From positions 59,768,001 to 59,832,000 of the forward strand of contig NC_092351.1 in assembly GCF_963676685.1 (NCBI RefSeq): 64,000 bases of DNA. Direction: 5' to 3'. Of this stretch, positions 1 to 13,780 are shown in pieces. The position numbers were made by a program, and so were the translations under genes. Numbering within the stretch: the stretch's first letter is position 1; the number at the start of each line of letters is the position of its first letter. The notes beneath the pieces are model-generated. The model ran no database searches. It worked only from the letters and a program-made list of their open reading frames with translations, and was not told the DNA's origin. This DNA is from Mytilus edulis (Eukaryota).

Positions 1-295
1 GATTTTAAAAAACAGAGGAAATCAACACAAGTTCAAAATCTAGGATGTTAGAATTATCTTGAGAGAAAACGGTTTTGATTGGCTGATTAATTTGATCATG
101 AGAAACATAGAATTTGATTGGCTGAACACAAATGTCTTCCTTGGACACAGTTCAAAATCGGGAACCGTCATATTTTTCGTGTAGATTTTCACAAAATCGT
201 GTTTTAGAGGGTTTTTCACGATCACGATCGTGCAATCGTGACAAAGGGTCAAAATCGTGTAATACACGCCTAAATCGTGAAAGTTGGCAGGTATG
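1..295. mobile_element. Right end of a non-autonomous DNA transposon (terminus GTTGGCAGGTATG, subterminal AAATCGTG repeats)
   Basis: Repeated aaatcgtg motifs at 195-280 followed by a TIR-like terminus; the left end is outside the window. Confidence 0.4.
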
Positions 296-689
296 ATCAT
301 GTTAATAGAGTAAACCAATGTGTTTAAAATTGTTCCTGATATGGTTAGCATCTGATACAAAATTAAGTAGATTTATATATAAAAACTCACACCACATCTT
401 CCTATATCTAATATTAGCATGATTACCAACGATTAGAGACCAGTGACCAGTCAGACGACAAAGAACTAACCAACTATAGGTCACCGTACGACTTTCGACA
501 CTGACAGTCAACAACACAATCTGATTTAATTACACTCAGGTCATTAGACAAAAGTTGAACAACTTGGACAAACAGGATCTGTACTTTAATGAAAATGAAA
601 TAAAAACAATCGAGTAATCGCATTATATTTGTGTTATTATTATAAAACACAAATTTTCTTTGTTTCACCACCTAATCGGACGGATTGTG

Positions 690-1220
690 CCTGATATTCA
701 TATGATGAAATCATAATCTTTCAAGCAGTTTAATTGAAGTCTTGAGCTGTCATGTCAGTTAACTGCTAGTAGTCTGTTGTTATTGTCATTTTCTTTATTT
801 TCTATGGTTTCATCTTCTGACATCAGACTCAGACTTCTCTTGAACTGAATTTTAAATGAGCGTATTGTTATGCGTTTACTTTTCTACATTGGCTAGATGT
901 ATAGGGGGAGGGTTGAGATCTCATAAACATGTTTAACCCCGCCGCATTTTTGCCTGTCCCAGGTCAGGAGCCTCTGGCCTTTGTTAGTCTTGTACGATTT
1001 TAATTTTAGTTTCTTGTGTACAATTTGGAAATTAATTAGTATGGCGTTCGTTATCATTGAACTAGTATTATATTTGTTTAGGGGCCAGCTGAAGGACGCC
1101 TCCGGGTTCGGGAATTTCTCGCTACATTGAAGACCTGTTGGTGACCTTCTGCTGTTGTTTTTTCTATGGTCGGGTTGTTGTCTCTTTGACGCATTCCCCA
1201 TTTCCATTCTCAATTTTATT
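690..1220. repeat. Composite of abundant mussel-type interspersed (SINE-like) repeats
   Basis: Segments such as ggggagggttgag...catgtttaaccccgcc and gtcgggttgttgtctctttgac...ccccatttccattctcaatttt recur at ~3395, ~4190, ~49190 and ~60975. Confidence 0.6.
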
Positions 1221-2563
1221 GACAAGTTTGTAAAATGTTATTTGGGGCAGGTCACATTTTTTAACGTTAAAAAGACAAATTCGTTAAAAAAAGATCAAGT
1301 GATAAGCCCATTAAAAAAACACTATGAAATATGATATAAAAAAGAAAATGTGGTACGATAACCAATGAAAACTATCCACCAGAGACAAATGAAAAAACCC
1401 ACACCGCTTAGTAAGCTTAAAAAAACAAAGGCCACAAAATGGCAATTGTAAACCAATACGAACAAACAAAAAAAATAACGGCCTAATTCGTATTATGTAC
1501 AAAATAATAAAATAAAACAAAAAAAATATGATATACAGCCAAATCTGTCTTGTGATCATGTGGCGGGGTTAACGAGTCAAGTTCCTTGCGCAAAAATCCC
1601 CAAACGACATTGTACCAGACTTTATAATATCGGTTGCTGTACTTCCAGAGGATTCCAAACAACCTCAGAAACAGGACAGGACGATTTTATAACATTTTCT
1701 GTTTACTGTAATATGAAAAAAAGAATATGCCGTACATGTATGTTTGTCCGTAAGACAACTTGCTACCGAAGGCAATATTACGTTAAAGTTTGTAACTAAA
1801 GATGACCGTTCAGTATTCGACTGATTATGCACAGATTAAAAGTGCATACATATTGATTGATTATTGATTGATTAACGTCAATTGTCATATATTTCATGCA
1901 AGTAAAGGCAATAATAATTTCGAGTACGATTGTCGTACTAAAACTCAAACTCACTTTCGATTCAGCTTTTTGTACTCATACTCCAAAATCAACCAATCAA
2001 AATGTTGGATTTCATGTTTCGAGCATGAGTTTTGTGCTTCGAGCACAAAGCAAAGTTTTATGACTTCAACACCAGGATTTGATCTTTCGAGCACATATAT
2101 TACTGTTCTTCGATTACTGAGTAAAGATGTGTGGCCATAAGTCCAGGGCGGTACTATTTACAAATCATGTATAGATCTCATGACAATCCAAATGAAATTA
2201 TATTTTCATCTTTTCATTTCTTCCGTATTTCAATCTTTATGCTTACGTGCATTTACAACCCTCTACGATCTATTTCGAAAATCAAGATTATAATTCGTAA
2301 AGTATATTTAATTAAACATAATGATCCATCTTTTCTACTTATTCTATTTTTTGTGTTCTTAGCGAATTGATTAATTTAAATCGTCGTGATTTTTTGTATG
2401 TATTTTAAAAGCAAACGAAAAATTTGAAAACAAGTTTAAACTTTTAAAAAAGGAATTAAATCTATTTATAAATAGTTTACTTTTAATATTTCACTAATAC
2501 CCTTCTTGTCGACCGTTAAGTCATTAACAGATTAAGATGTTGACCACTGTCCACTTAAAAAAA

Positions 2564-2667
2564 CACGTGATAAGATACAACAGAACGACCATTAAATTTA
2601 CCTGATACATTGACATCTATCCTAAAAATCAATACTATTTTTATACGGATGTAAACACATATAAATA
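2564..2667 (+). promoter_or_regulatory. Candidate core promoter of the GH27 gene: E-box/CLEAR-like CACGTGA (2564-2570) and TATA-like ATATAAATA (2659-2667)
   Basis: The motifs lie 150 and 50 bp upstream of the ATG. CLEAR-type E-boxes are typical of lysosomal genes, but short motifs also arise by chance. Confidence 0.35.
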
Positions 2668-2714
2668 CCTTTATTGTGATCTTTTACGTGTATTCATTTG
2701 TGTATTGTACAACA

Positions 2715-5700
2715 ATGATGTGGTCAGTCTTCATATTGTGTGTTTTGCTACCGTTTAGTATTGGTTTAGATAATGGTTTGGCCAGAACTCCGCCCATGGG
2801 TTGGATGTCTTGGGAAAGGTTTAGATGCAACATCGACTGTAAAAATGACCCACATAACTGCATCAGGTAAGGTTTTATTATAGTCATTCAGTGCATCTAT
2901 CGATCTATTGACAAAATCATGTTTAGCCCATAATGCATGTTAGAGACGGGGTCTCACACGCCGTATGCAAAGAGCTGTCTTAAGACACACATTTGCACGT
3001 GACTGTATACTATATACTTTGTCGACATGTATACTCTATGCTCTGAGTCTATGCTTCTTATTAACGCTAAAAATAGAAAAATACAAACAGACAAGTAGTA
3101 GTATGAAAGACACAACATAGAAAACTATAGACTAAAAACACGAACCTCACCAAAAACTGGGTTGATCTCAGGTCCTTATGGGCATCATTATAAATACTCA
3201 TTATGTAAAAAGAGATAAATTTCTCCTATGCATCATGATTTTTTTCGGGCATCATGATAAACAGACATTCTCATATTTGTACTTACAAATGTAGCTGTAT
3301 TTTTGTTTGTATCGATTTAATGAGTTAATATTTTTCAATTGACGTTATACATGTAGTTTGTTCTTATGTTGTGCTGTTGCACCAATGTCACAGTTTAGGG
3401 GAGGGTTGAGCGCTCACGAACATGTATAGCCCCGCCACATTCTGTATGTATGAGAAAAATAAATGTGGTATGATTGCTATTGAGACAACTCTCCATAAGA
3501 AACCAAATGTCACAACTAAAGGTCTACGTATGATCTTCAACATGTGCCTGTCCAAAATTGGGAGACTGTAGCTCAGTGGTTGTCGTGGTATTTTTCTTAA
3601 TTGAATTGTTTCTTTCTTTCTTTTTTGTCGGGCCTGTTTTAGCTGACTTTGAGGTATTTGTTTTTCTCATTGTTGAAGGTTGTATGGTTGCGTATAATGG
3701 CTTACATCCATCTCATGTCAACTTTAGTGGATAGTTGTCTTATTGGCAATCATACCACATCTCCTTACAGACTGAAATAAAAAAAAACATAGGGAATTAT
3801 TGTTTTAAGGCATTATGTAATTGAAAATCTCCATTGGGCATCAGTAACTACTCCACACATAAGAGTTATTTCAATATTCATGAGCGGTCGACAAAGGTAC
3901 CCATGGTTAGTTTGTGCTTTCATGGAATAACTCATATTTACAAACAGTTTCGCGCTATGTTAGTGGATAACAAAAAATGTCTTAAACTCTCTGTCAAATT
4001 ATATTTTGAATATTTATATTTTTTCTGGATCTTTATTGCCTAATACATATGTGAGGTTAAAATTCCCGTATGTGCCAAACCAACGACTGTAAAGTGGTAC
4101 TTACTGATTCTGACCTAAAAATGCTACGAATGAGTAAAAATAAACACTACATGATTGGCTCTGAGTCACGCTATTGTTTCAGAGTAAGATGAAATTGGGA
4201 ATGGAAATGGGGTATGTGTCAAAGAGACAACAACCCGACAATAGAGCAGACAATAGCTATCAAAGAGACAACAACCCGACCATAGAGCAGACAACAGCTA
4301 TCAATAAGATGAGTTGTCCTTCGTGTGACACTTTGTGAGTTTGCACTATTAATCCGCGCGTCGTTCTTGTACGAATGTATAAAGAAGGGGAAATCAACAT
4401 CTCATAAATACGTTACTTTCCTTGCTTGGCAATGAGAAAACTACCATAAGAGTCCAAATGACATGGATTTAACATATATATGAGTCACCATATGGCCTTC
4501 ACCAAGAACAAATATTCCGTATAGTCAGCTATAAAAGCCCTCGACAAGATCAAATCAAAAACAAATCCAACAAAAAATATCATTTATGACCAAAACAAAT
4601 AATCAAAAAACAAATGTGACAAATTAAAAGAAACCTGGTAGACTCCTGACTTGAGATATTGACATATATTAACCTGTATTTTTAGCGCCAACCTGCTTAT
4701 GCAAATGGCAGATAGAATGGCAGAAGATGGTTACTTGGAAGCGGGATATGAATATTTATCGGTCGACGACTGCTGGATGGCAAAAGAAAGAAGCCAAATG
4801 GGAACTCTGGTAACTGATCCCGAAAGGTTTCCGAATGGTATGAAAGCAGTTATTGATTACGTAAGTCAACCATACCGTGTTAATTCTGTTTTGATGATAA
4901 GCATAACTGAAGAAAAATAATAACAAGTCTTTTTATTTTCACAAGAATGGTGTCGTTATGTCACTTTTACTGGATGTTTGATAAGGGAGGAAGGGGTGAT
5001 ACAAAGATGTAATGTTGTAGTGGTAAAAATTTATAATTTTGGAGAAAAAATGTCCCCATCTCATAATTTGTTTCTATCAATCCAAAACTAATGAATGCAG
5101 TATGTACTATGATAGTATAAAAAATTGTTTAATTTCAAAAGATCCCTACATTTATCTTAACAATTAGATAGCTTTTTAATTGACAAGCGTATGGAATTAA
5201 CACTTGTAATCTATACTGCAATGAGTAAACAAATTACACACATAGCAAAGTCTAGGTTTTGCTACCGTTCCAATTGTAAAGACACAGTATCTTGACTGAA
5301 AACACTGGACTATCTAACCGAAGAATATGTCTATCTTTAAATATATTATTTATTTATTATCTGTATCGTAGAAGGAGGTTAAATGTAATTGCAGATCATT
5401 TTTTATTCCGATTGTTGTTAATCGTTATTGCTTTGTTTAAACCAGGTACACTCAAGAGGTCTGAAGTTTGGTATTTACGGAAGTGTTGGCAATAAGACAT
5501 GCAAGGGTTACCCTGGAAACAAGTATCACATGGCTCGCGATGCTGCAACATATGCTGAATGGGGCGTTGATATGTTGAAATTTGATTGCTGTAACCCAGG
5601 GCCAAACTTTGTTACAGGTATAGCAATTTTTGATATCGAGTCTACAGGTACATATGTATAGCGACTTTTGATATTGAGACTATATGTATAGCGACTTTTT

Positions 5701-8700
5701 TATGTTATGGTTATACTCACATGCGTACATGTACGTCCCTAAAATTACTTCTGTTCTCCAATTTCAGTTTATTTGTCGCAACTAAATATTTTGAAACTCA
5801 TAAACATTGCTTATTACCACAACACATATCAAGTTCGAATTTTAACCGTTTCTCAAGTAATGCCCCTTTATAACATAATTTGCAAGTGGGGGCATCATAT
5901 GTGTTCCATAAACATTCTCCGTTTATTTACATCTACAAATATCTACAAAAAATAGACATTTATTTTGGGGAGTACACTATCGATTGAAAGGATACAAAAC
6001 AATAAACCTTTTTTTTTTGTATAATGAAGAACATAATTGTTTTTTAATGAATCGATTACAGGTTTTGAACAGATGGGGATGCATCTCAACAAGACGGGAC
6101 GACCAATATTGTATGATTGTGCTTTAGCTATCTGTATGGGACCAAAGGTGATTTTAATGTTAATTTTGATACGACCAAATAAGGAAATTCAACTTTCGTT
6201 AATTACGATGCGTATATATTTTGGCGTCTTCTTAGATTTTCTTCATCAATGGAGTTGTCCTCTATAATATATTGATTACACATATCTACCAGAAAATATC
6301 TAAGATATGCGATCATCATCAAAATCTCCCATAACGAAACATGTACACATTATAATAACAACTGCATGCTGCGCCAATTTCAACAAATACATTTGTTTAA
6401 TACGTTATTTGGGCAGCAATGCAATTAGATTACTGACCTTGGATACACACACAAAGATGTGACAGGATTGAGCTACTTCTTTTTATACGCCCGTCAAAAT
6501 TTTGACGGGACGTATTATGGTATACAAATGTCCGGTGTCCGTCCGTCCGTCCGTCTGTCTGTCTGTCCGTCCGTCTGTCCGGCGTAAACATGTCGCACCG
6601 TAACTTGAGAACGACTTATCTAAATTTCATGAAACTTAATATAGTTGTTTTTTATGATGGTCAAACGATCTGTATACTTTTTGGTGAAAATAAGATTTAA
6701 ACTTTTTGAGTTACGGCACTTTGTAACTAAAACAGGGGTGTGTTTTTTTTTTTCACATGTCGCACCGTATCTCAAAAACGATTCTTGATTATTGCTTAAA
6801 ACTTTACACACTTCTTAGTTATATTAATCTTAATATCTGTATACTTTTTGGTGATGATTCAAAATTTCATTTTTGAGTTATTGAGTATTTTGTAAAAAAG
6901 GGGAGGGGTTTTTTACATGTCGTGCCGTATCTCAAAAACGATTTATGATTATTGCTTAAAACTTTAAACACTTCTTTGTTATATAAATCTAAAGATCTGT
7001 ATACTTTTTGGTGATGACTCAAAATTTTATTTTTGAGTTATTGAGTATTTTGTAAAAAAGCGGAGGTTTTTTTTTACATGTCGCGCCGTATCTCAAAAAC
7101 AATTTATGATTATTGCTTGAAACTGTACACACTTCTTTGTTATATTAATCTAAAGATCTGTATACTTTTTGGTTTGATTCAAAATTTTATTTTAGTGATA
7201 TTTGTAAAAAGAAAACAGGGTGGGGGGGGGGGGGGGGGGTTTCACATGTCTCGCCGTGTCTCAAAAGCAATAAATGGTAATTGCTTAAAACTTTCTCAGA
7301 AACTATTTATGATCATTGCATAAAACTTCCACACAAGACGTCGGGCATATCATGCGCTCATGGCGCAGCTGTTTATTTTATACTCAGTCCTCCTCCTTTA
7401 CACATACATGCAACTGTCAAGTCATTTAAATAACGGTATTAAAGACGGTTTGGGTAGAGGATTACCGAATAAAGAATAATGACCAAAACATATAATGAAT
7501 AGAGAAAAATGGACCAAAAAAAAGAAAGAGAAGAAAAAATTAGATACTTCGATTTACAGCATATTCCATTGAGTTTGTAGACAAAGGTAGTATCTTTAGT
7601 TAGCTTGCTTGCTAGCTGAACTGCGAAGTTATTATTAGGTTAGGTTAACTACCCTCTTTTAAGAGTAGACTAGTTCGACAGATAACCAATCTATCTGTAT
7701 GTATGACCAGGCTACCTTGAAAGGAGGGTACTAGTATTTCTTACCCAATAATGACTTCACGGTTCAGCAAGCTAGCAAGCTAACCACAGATATTACTTTT
7801 TCCTACAAACTTAATGGAATCTGCTGTGAATAATAAAGATTAATGGTCAAACAGTATAAAGGATACAGAAAAATGATCCACCCAATCCAGATCCTTGTAA
7901 AGGGTAACAAAATACACAAAATTCAAGAGTCCGCTCCTTTCAGGTTGACTACAATTTAGTAAAAAAATATTGTAATATGTGGCGCAATTATGAAGACGTA
8001 GAAGACAACTGGAAATATGTCTTTAACATCATTGAGTTTTATGGCAAAAACGACAAGAATTTCCTGGAAATTGCTGGGCCTGGTGGATGGAACGATGCAG
8101 ATCAGGTTAGATTTGTTTACTAACATCAAGTATTTATATAGTATGATCAAGGCAAAAATATAACTATACAAATCATTGCACTCGCTGCGTAAGAAAAAAC
8201 GAATAAACCACGAGATTTCAATACGCAAATCCTTACTAGCATGGTGGTTTTTTTTTTTTTTAATAAATCAACACAAATAGACTGTCTCTCTTCTTATGTC
8301 CTCGTAGCGGAGGGGGCATTAAGTTTTACCCTTGTCCGTCTATATGTACGTCCGTCCGTACGTCCTAAAGTTTGTTTCCGTTCTATAACTTAAGTTTGCC
8401 TCAACGAAATGTTATGACACTTATACACAATACGTATTACAACTAAATACATACCAAGTGTGAATTTTAGTGGCGTCACCTGTTCCTTTTTAGAGTTATG
8501 CCCCTTTATAAACGGATAAATTGCTATATTTTTTTTCGTTTCCGGTCTCTGGACTTGAGTTTGCCGGACTCCTTTTTTTTCGTACCAAACATGGGAAAAT
8601 ATTTTCCCCGTATCACCTACTAATCTTGTCATCGAAGACTTCAATAGGTCATAAAAAGCCATTACCGAAAAATAAGCAGCACTGGTAATGTGCTCATTAG

Positions 8701-10039
8701 CTCTTTATTAACATTTCTTTAAATTTTAAATGTATAATGTTTAAAGATTAGTTCATCTTGTCATTGGTTCGTTACACATCATTGTTTGTTGTTTCTAGCT
8801 TCCAATCAAACATTGCTGATTCTCAACAGGCGGTTACCTCCACCAATTAAAACTGACCTTCACGAACTAGTGCAATTGTGCTGACAGTGGCGTTAAACAT
8901 CAATCAATAAATCTGTCAACTCTTAACAAGCATACATATTTTTGGGGGGGATTTCGTGATGAAATTTATATTTTTTCTTTAAATTGTAGCTAATAGTTGG
9001 TGATTTCTCATTAAGTGCGGGACAGCAGCAGACACAGATTGGATTGTGGGCTATAATGGCGTCACCGTTGTTTATGTCGGTAGATCTCAGGAACATTGAT
9101 CCGATAGCGAAACAGTTGTTGTTAAATAAAGAGGTATTGGCAATACATCAGGACTCACTCGGTATTGCTGGTAGAAGAATCTGGAATATAGATGATTATG
9201 TAAGTAATGCCATGCCAACTACAATTTGTTTAAATAAGCTTCTAAGCATGTTGTCACCGTGCAATACTTTTTTATAACTCGTAACAATATTTCTGCATAT
9301 CTGTATACAAACTTCATTTAAGTTCTCAATGCATTAATCTGGAGGACATGCTCTTTGTACATTAATTAAAGAGCTCTGTAAGTGTTAGGCTATTTTAAAA
9401 TCACCTTTTACGTCCGTCCGTCCGTCCGTCCGTTCATCAAAACTTGAAATATTTTCATCGTACTTTTCTCAAAAACTGCTGCAATGAATTGATTTTTATT
9501 TAGTAGGCAGCATGGTAATGGTTATATATACCACCTCTTTTTTCGAAAACTTGTTTATGATTTATTTTAAATTATAAGTCAAAATCTCATTTGTGCACTT
9601 ATGCTTGTTTTTCATAAAACAATGTATATGCAATTTTCTTTTATAAAATTATCAATAATTATACTGAGTACAAAAGTTATGCAACAAATATTTTGGAAAA
9701 AAGAATTGTAATAAAAACATATGTTGCTAAATGTTTTACTTCGTAATTTTTTTTCAGGCTGTTAAACTGGAAAGTTGGCTCCGCCCATTAAGTCCTAAAG
9801 GAAGATATGCAGTTGGAATATTTAATAAGAATGTTGGTGGTTTGCTGCAGACGGTCAATCGGACCATGTCTCAACTAGGACTAACGGATGAAAATGGGTA
9901 CACCATGAAGGAGATATTCACTGGAATATCATACGGACCATACAAATTATCAGACTCTCTTGTTATCAGAATACCTCCTACAAATCTATTTCTTGCTGTA
10001 GCTACCCCTGTAACAGAAAAGGAACTCATTGTGTTCTGA
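2715..10039 (+). CDS. NAGA: Alpha-N-acetylgalactosaminidase / alpha-galactosidase A-like (GH27), 7 exons: 2715-2866, 4686-4860, 5446-5617, 6062-6147, 7944-8105, 8990-9199, 9758-10039; 412 aa
   Basis: Signal peptide followed by [35 protein letters not shown] (nucleophile), WRNYEDVED (acid/base), GPGGWND and [11 protein letters not shown]. All introns are GT-AG, phases are compatible, and the 1239 nt total is in frame. Confidence 0.93.
6481..7373 (+). mobile_element. Helentron-associated (HINE/DINE-1-like) non-autonomous element in GH27 intron 4
   Basis: Starts in a T-run with subterminal IR ATACGCCCGTC/GACGGG, then a (GTCC/GTCT)n microsatellite, ~160-bp tandem core repeats, a 3' partner IR and a terminal hairpin (tgcgc..gcgca) before TT. 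Shorter fragments occur at ~5735-5915 and ~8290-8570. Confidence 0.75.
7555..7828. mobile_element. Foldback MITE, copy 1
   Basis: ~100-bp imperfect TIRs TACAGC..TTCCATT; same family as 13510-13780. Confidence 0.8.
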
Positions 10040-10944
10040 TGTTGACACTATAAAACCACTAAAGAATAAGTTGTATAAAAGTAAATGTATGAAGAAGCAA
10101 GGTGGTACTTTTTACAAATTATGACTTGAATGGAGAGTTGTCTCATTGGCACTCATACCACAACTTTTATATATCTATATACAATATAGCAATTAACTTA
10201 TATAAAAGTTTATGTACAGTATGATAAATGTTTTATAAGGCATGGTGGTGCAATGAATTTTTAAATACTCTCTTAAAATGTTGAGACCTCAATATTACTA
10301 CCCACTTCAAATCTATTTCTATCTATTGCTACCCACTCTTGGTCGTCGAAATATCGGCCGGAACCCGCTAAAACCTTCTCTGCGGCTCCTTGGTAGAACA
10401 TTCTCCCTCGTAAAAAAATGTCCCGATGGTATACTTTTTTTCGCTGCTCGTCATAAGACCCGCGGACGCCCGCTAATACATTCTCCGTGGCTCCACGATG
10501 GAAAATGTACCCCTGGTTAATTGTTAAACATGTTTAATGAAAAATTTAAAAAAAGCAACGCATGCGCACCACCCAAGCAGCTGTGGTAGGATGGGTGGTC
10601 CAAAAAAGTATTTGGAGTATGACCGTATTGAGATTATTTGTAGGCGATATTCCTATGTATTGTTATAATATACTATGAACTGCTGTAGGAAAAATGTTAA
10701 AATATTAAATGTATATACTTGTGTAACATACATGTACATGTTTAAAAAATTGTAAAATAAAATATATAAAACTGAATATATTGAAATTCGTATTGAAATT
10801 ATGTGTTGGAATATCATGCTTTATGACAACTTGAAATATATATTAAACAAAATATCTGTAGAACAATAATAATACTATATTATGATCGGGAAAACAACAA
10901 GTACATACCAAGAATCAAATGTATTGGATATTTTCTGCACGCAC

Positions 10945-11253
10945 TATGGAACGCCGTAACTGCCTTATTGTACTTCATTCTTTGTCATGATGACGTTTTT
11001 CTTTATTGTGATGCGCTTAAATACCCAAAAGGTTCCCATGTCGTTGCGCTCCTTGATACTATATATATATATATATACTTCACTAGCTTCTACCGAAATG
11101 GCACATAACTGTCAAAAGATGTCTAGTGTCAGGGAGCGGAACGACATCATAATAGGGAAAAATCTCATTATAATAGAGAGAAGACATCATAATAAAGAAA
11201 AACCTCATCATGATAAAGAAGGATGTACCATAAGACAGCTTCGACGTTCCATA
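10945..11253. mobile_element. MITE with ~70-bp TIRs beginning TATGGAACG and a central (TA)n tract
   Basis: 10945-11013 is the imperfect reverse complement of ~11185-11253. Confidence 0.7.
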
Positions 11254-13509
11254 CCTCACCCTTCTCATCTATTTAGGTTGGTATACGGGTCATTATAAAA
11301 TAAAACAACATGCAAAACCATGTTATTAGGTATGTTTAAGTCAAAAGACATGAAAATATATCCAAATATATCAAAATAACACTTGCATATGTTAGATATG
11401 AATGTTTTGTGATACACTATATACAGTTTACAGTATGAAATGTTATAAATACATCTTAATGTTTTCTTAAACCCTTGGGTACAGCCAAAATCAACTGTTA
11501 TTTTTTTACTGTAAATCCTTTCAGACCTGACATAGGACTATTATTCATATCATTTGTTTTTAGGATTTATTATTTGTTATTGCATTTTGATACATACAAA
11601 CACTCCTTAATGATTTGGGAGGTGAATGTTGGTTTTATAATAAAAAATTTCACCAAAAGGAAAAGTCTCATTTTGAGGGTCAATGGTGTAACCAAAAGAC
11701 AAATTGGTAGGATAAGAGTTATTTTTCTCAAGATTTCAGCATTTGCAATAGTTTCTCCCTTAGCAATTATACCTGTAAGCATGTTATGCAAAAGAAAACA
11801 AACATTTATGTTGAAAATTTAGTGAAAAAATCTTAAAAGTAAGTAAAAGCTATGTAATCAATGAAAATAGTGTCCATGGTGTACCCTTATAAAAATCATT
11901 TTGTGAAAAAATGTCCTGAACTTTGAATGATGAAATATATTGATTATAGAAACATGCACCAGTAACACCATATAAATTAGGGGAATTGAGCACTTATTTC
12001 GTAACTAAATCTTAAAATACACCTTAAATCATTGGTGTTACTGTCAATAGTGAGACCATTGATAAAATAACACCATTGACCAGTTTAGTAACGCCACTGA
12101 ATATATCATGACAATCAGCATTGTTTGTGTTTCTTTCATGTTTAACAAACGAAACATCATATTAATTATGAAAAACAATACTTATTTAACAATGTTTTAA
12201 CAATATCATGTATTACATATACAAAGTTTTCACAAACTGATGTATGCTGGTAACACCAATGACACTATATATAGTAACACTATTGACATATTTAGTTATT
12301 GATGTTATGTTATATAATTTGAGAATTTTTAGCCTAAGAATTATTTTTTTCATCATTTTCTTTTGCTCGGTGTTGTTGGCTTTGTGTTCAGTACTTAATA
12401 AAAGTAAAATTTGATATGTGATGTCAATGGTGAAACTTTTGTGTCATTGGAGTAACTGAAGGGTCAGTGGTGTAACTATATAAAAATGCGACATTTTTTA
12501 AATTTTTTATTCATAAATAAAAGTGTTTTTATGTCGTATACGAAGGATTAGGTATATCAGTATCATTTAATCATATACATTTTACATAAATTCAGTTTGA
12601 GTGTATTTTTTAGTATTTGCAAGTGCCAAAATTAGGACAGCCAACTTATTTACGACAATGTATTCTGAAATTAATGTTTGAATAGAATGCACAAGTTTTA
12701 GCTATATGAAAAATGTCAATAAGTCGTAATTTCAACCTAAACAACAAATTGGAACAGTTGTTTGATGTTAAACAATAATATTTAGTACCTAAATGTATGT
12801 TTTAAATTGGTAACACCATTGACACGATTCTACAAAGGATGACCTAAAATTGTTAAAATTGAAGGAACTCTTAATTTTTCCCATTGCATATTTCTGAATA
12901 TCGTTGCTACCATGCTATAGAATAGAGGGATTTTAAATGTTTTAAACAATGACATCATTTTTGAAAATATTACCTTGTCGAAATTTGCACTTTTTTTTAT
13001 AATGACCCATTCACATTTTACTGTGCTAAATACAGTTACATGTACATGCACGACATATGTTTTCTTCCTCTAACTAAATCGTCAGAGCATTTCTTTTTAC
13101 TAGTGCATTCTTGCTTTTTCAAAATAACTGTGAAATTGAGCGCCATTTTAGAATACAAAGAATACTTTTATTTATTAAATGTTTTAAGTATATACGAACA
13201 TTAATAGTTGACATTCAGCACGGATTAGAAGGATTGCATTGAATTCAGGAATTTACTAGGAAAAAATCTGCTAGAAAAAAAACCTTCCGCTTGTTCAAAC
13301 ATTAACAAAGCCTGTTCCACGTAGTCGGCTATAAAAAGCCCCGAAAAGACAAATGTAAAATAATTCAAACGAAAAAACCAACGGTCTAATTTATGTATTA
13401 AATAATGAACGGAAAACAAATACGTGACACACCAACAAACGACAACCACTGAATTCCAGGCTTTTGAATTAGGACAGACAAATACAGAAAGAAGCGGGGT
13501 TTAACATGT

Positions 13510-13780
13510 TACAGCGGATTCCATTGAGTGAGTAGCCAAAGGTAATATCTTTGGTTAGCTTGCTTGTTTGATGAACCGTGAAGTCATTGTTAGGTTATGT
13601 AAACTACCCTACTTTATAAATAGACTAGTCTTACAGAAAACCAATCTATCTGTCTGTTGGACTATGCTACTTTGAAAGGCGGGTAGTATACCTCACCTAA
13701 TAATGACCTCACGGTTCAGCTAACAAGCAAGCTAACCAAAGATATTACCTTTGGCTACACACTCAATGGAATCCGCTGTA
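13510..13780. mobile_element. Foldback MITE, copy 2 (TA-flanked)
   Basis: Near-perfect TIRs TACAGCGGATTCCATTGAGTG...CACTCAATGGAATCCGCTGTA; inserted into a SINE-like repeat. Confidence 0.85.

Noticed and set aside
40-2370. Short ORFs upstream of the GH27 gene (and similar 60-110 aa ORFs throughout the window)
   Set aside because: They overlap interspersed repeats or AT-rich intronic DNA and show no domain motifs or exon structure.
11320-12980. Possible DNA transposon with repeated GTAACACCATTGAC-like motifs in both orientations
   Set aside because: I could not identify matching termini, a TSD or coding remnants, so it is left unannotated.
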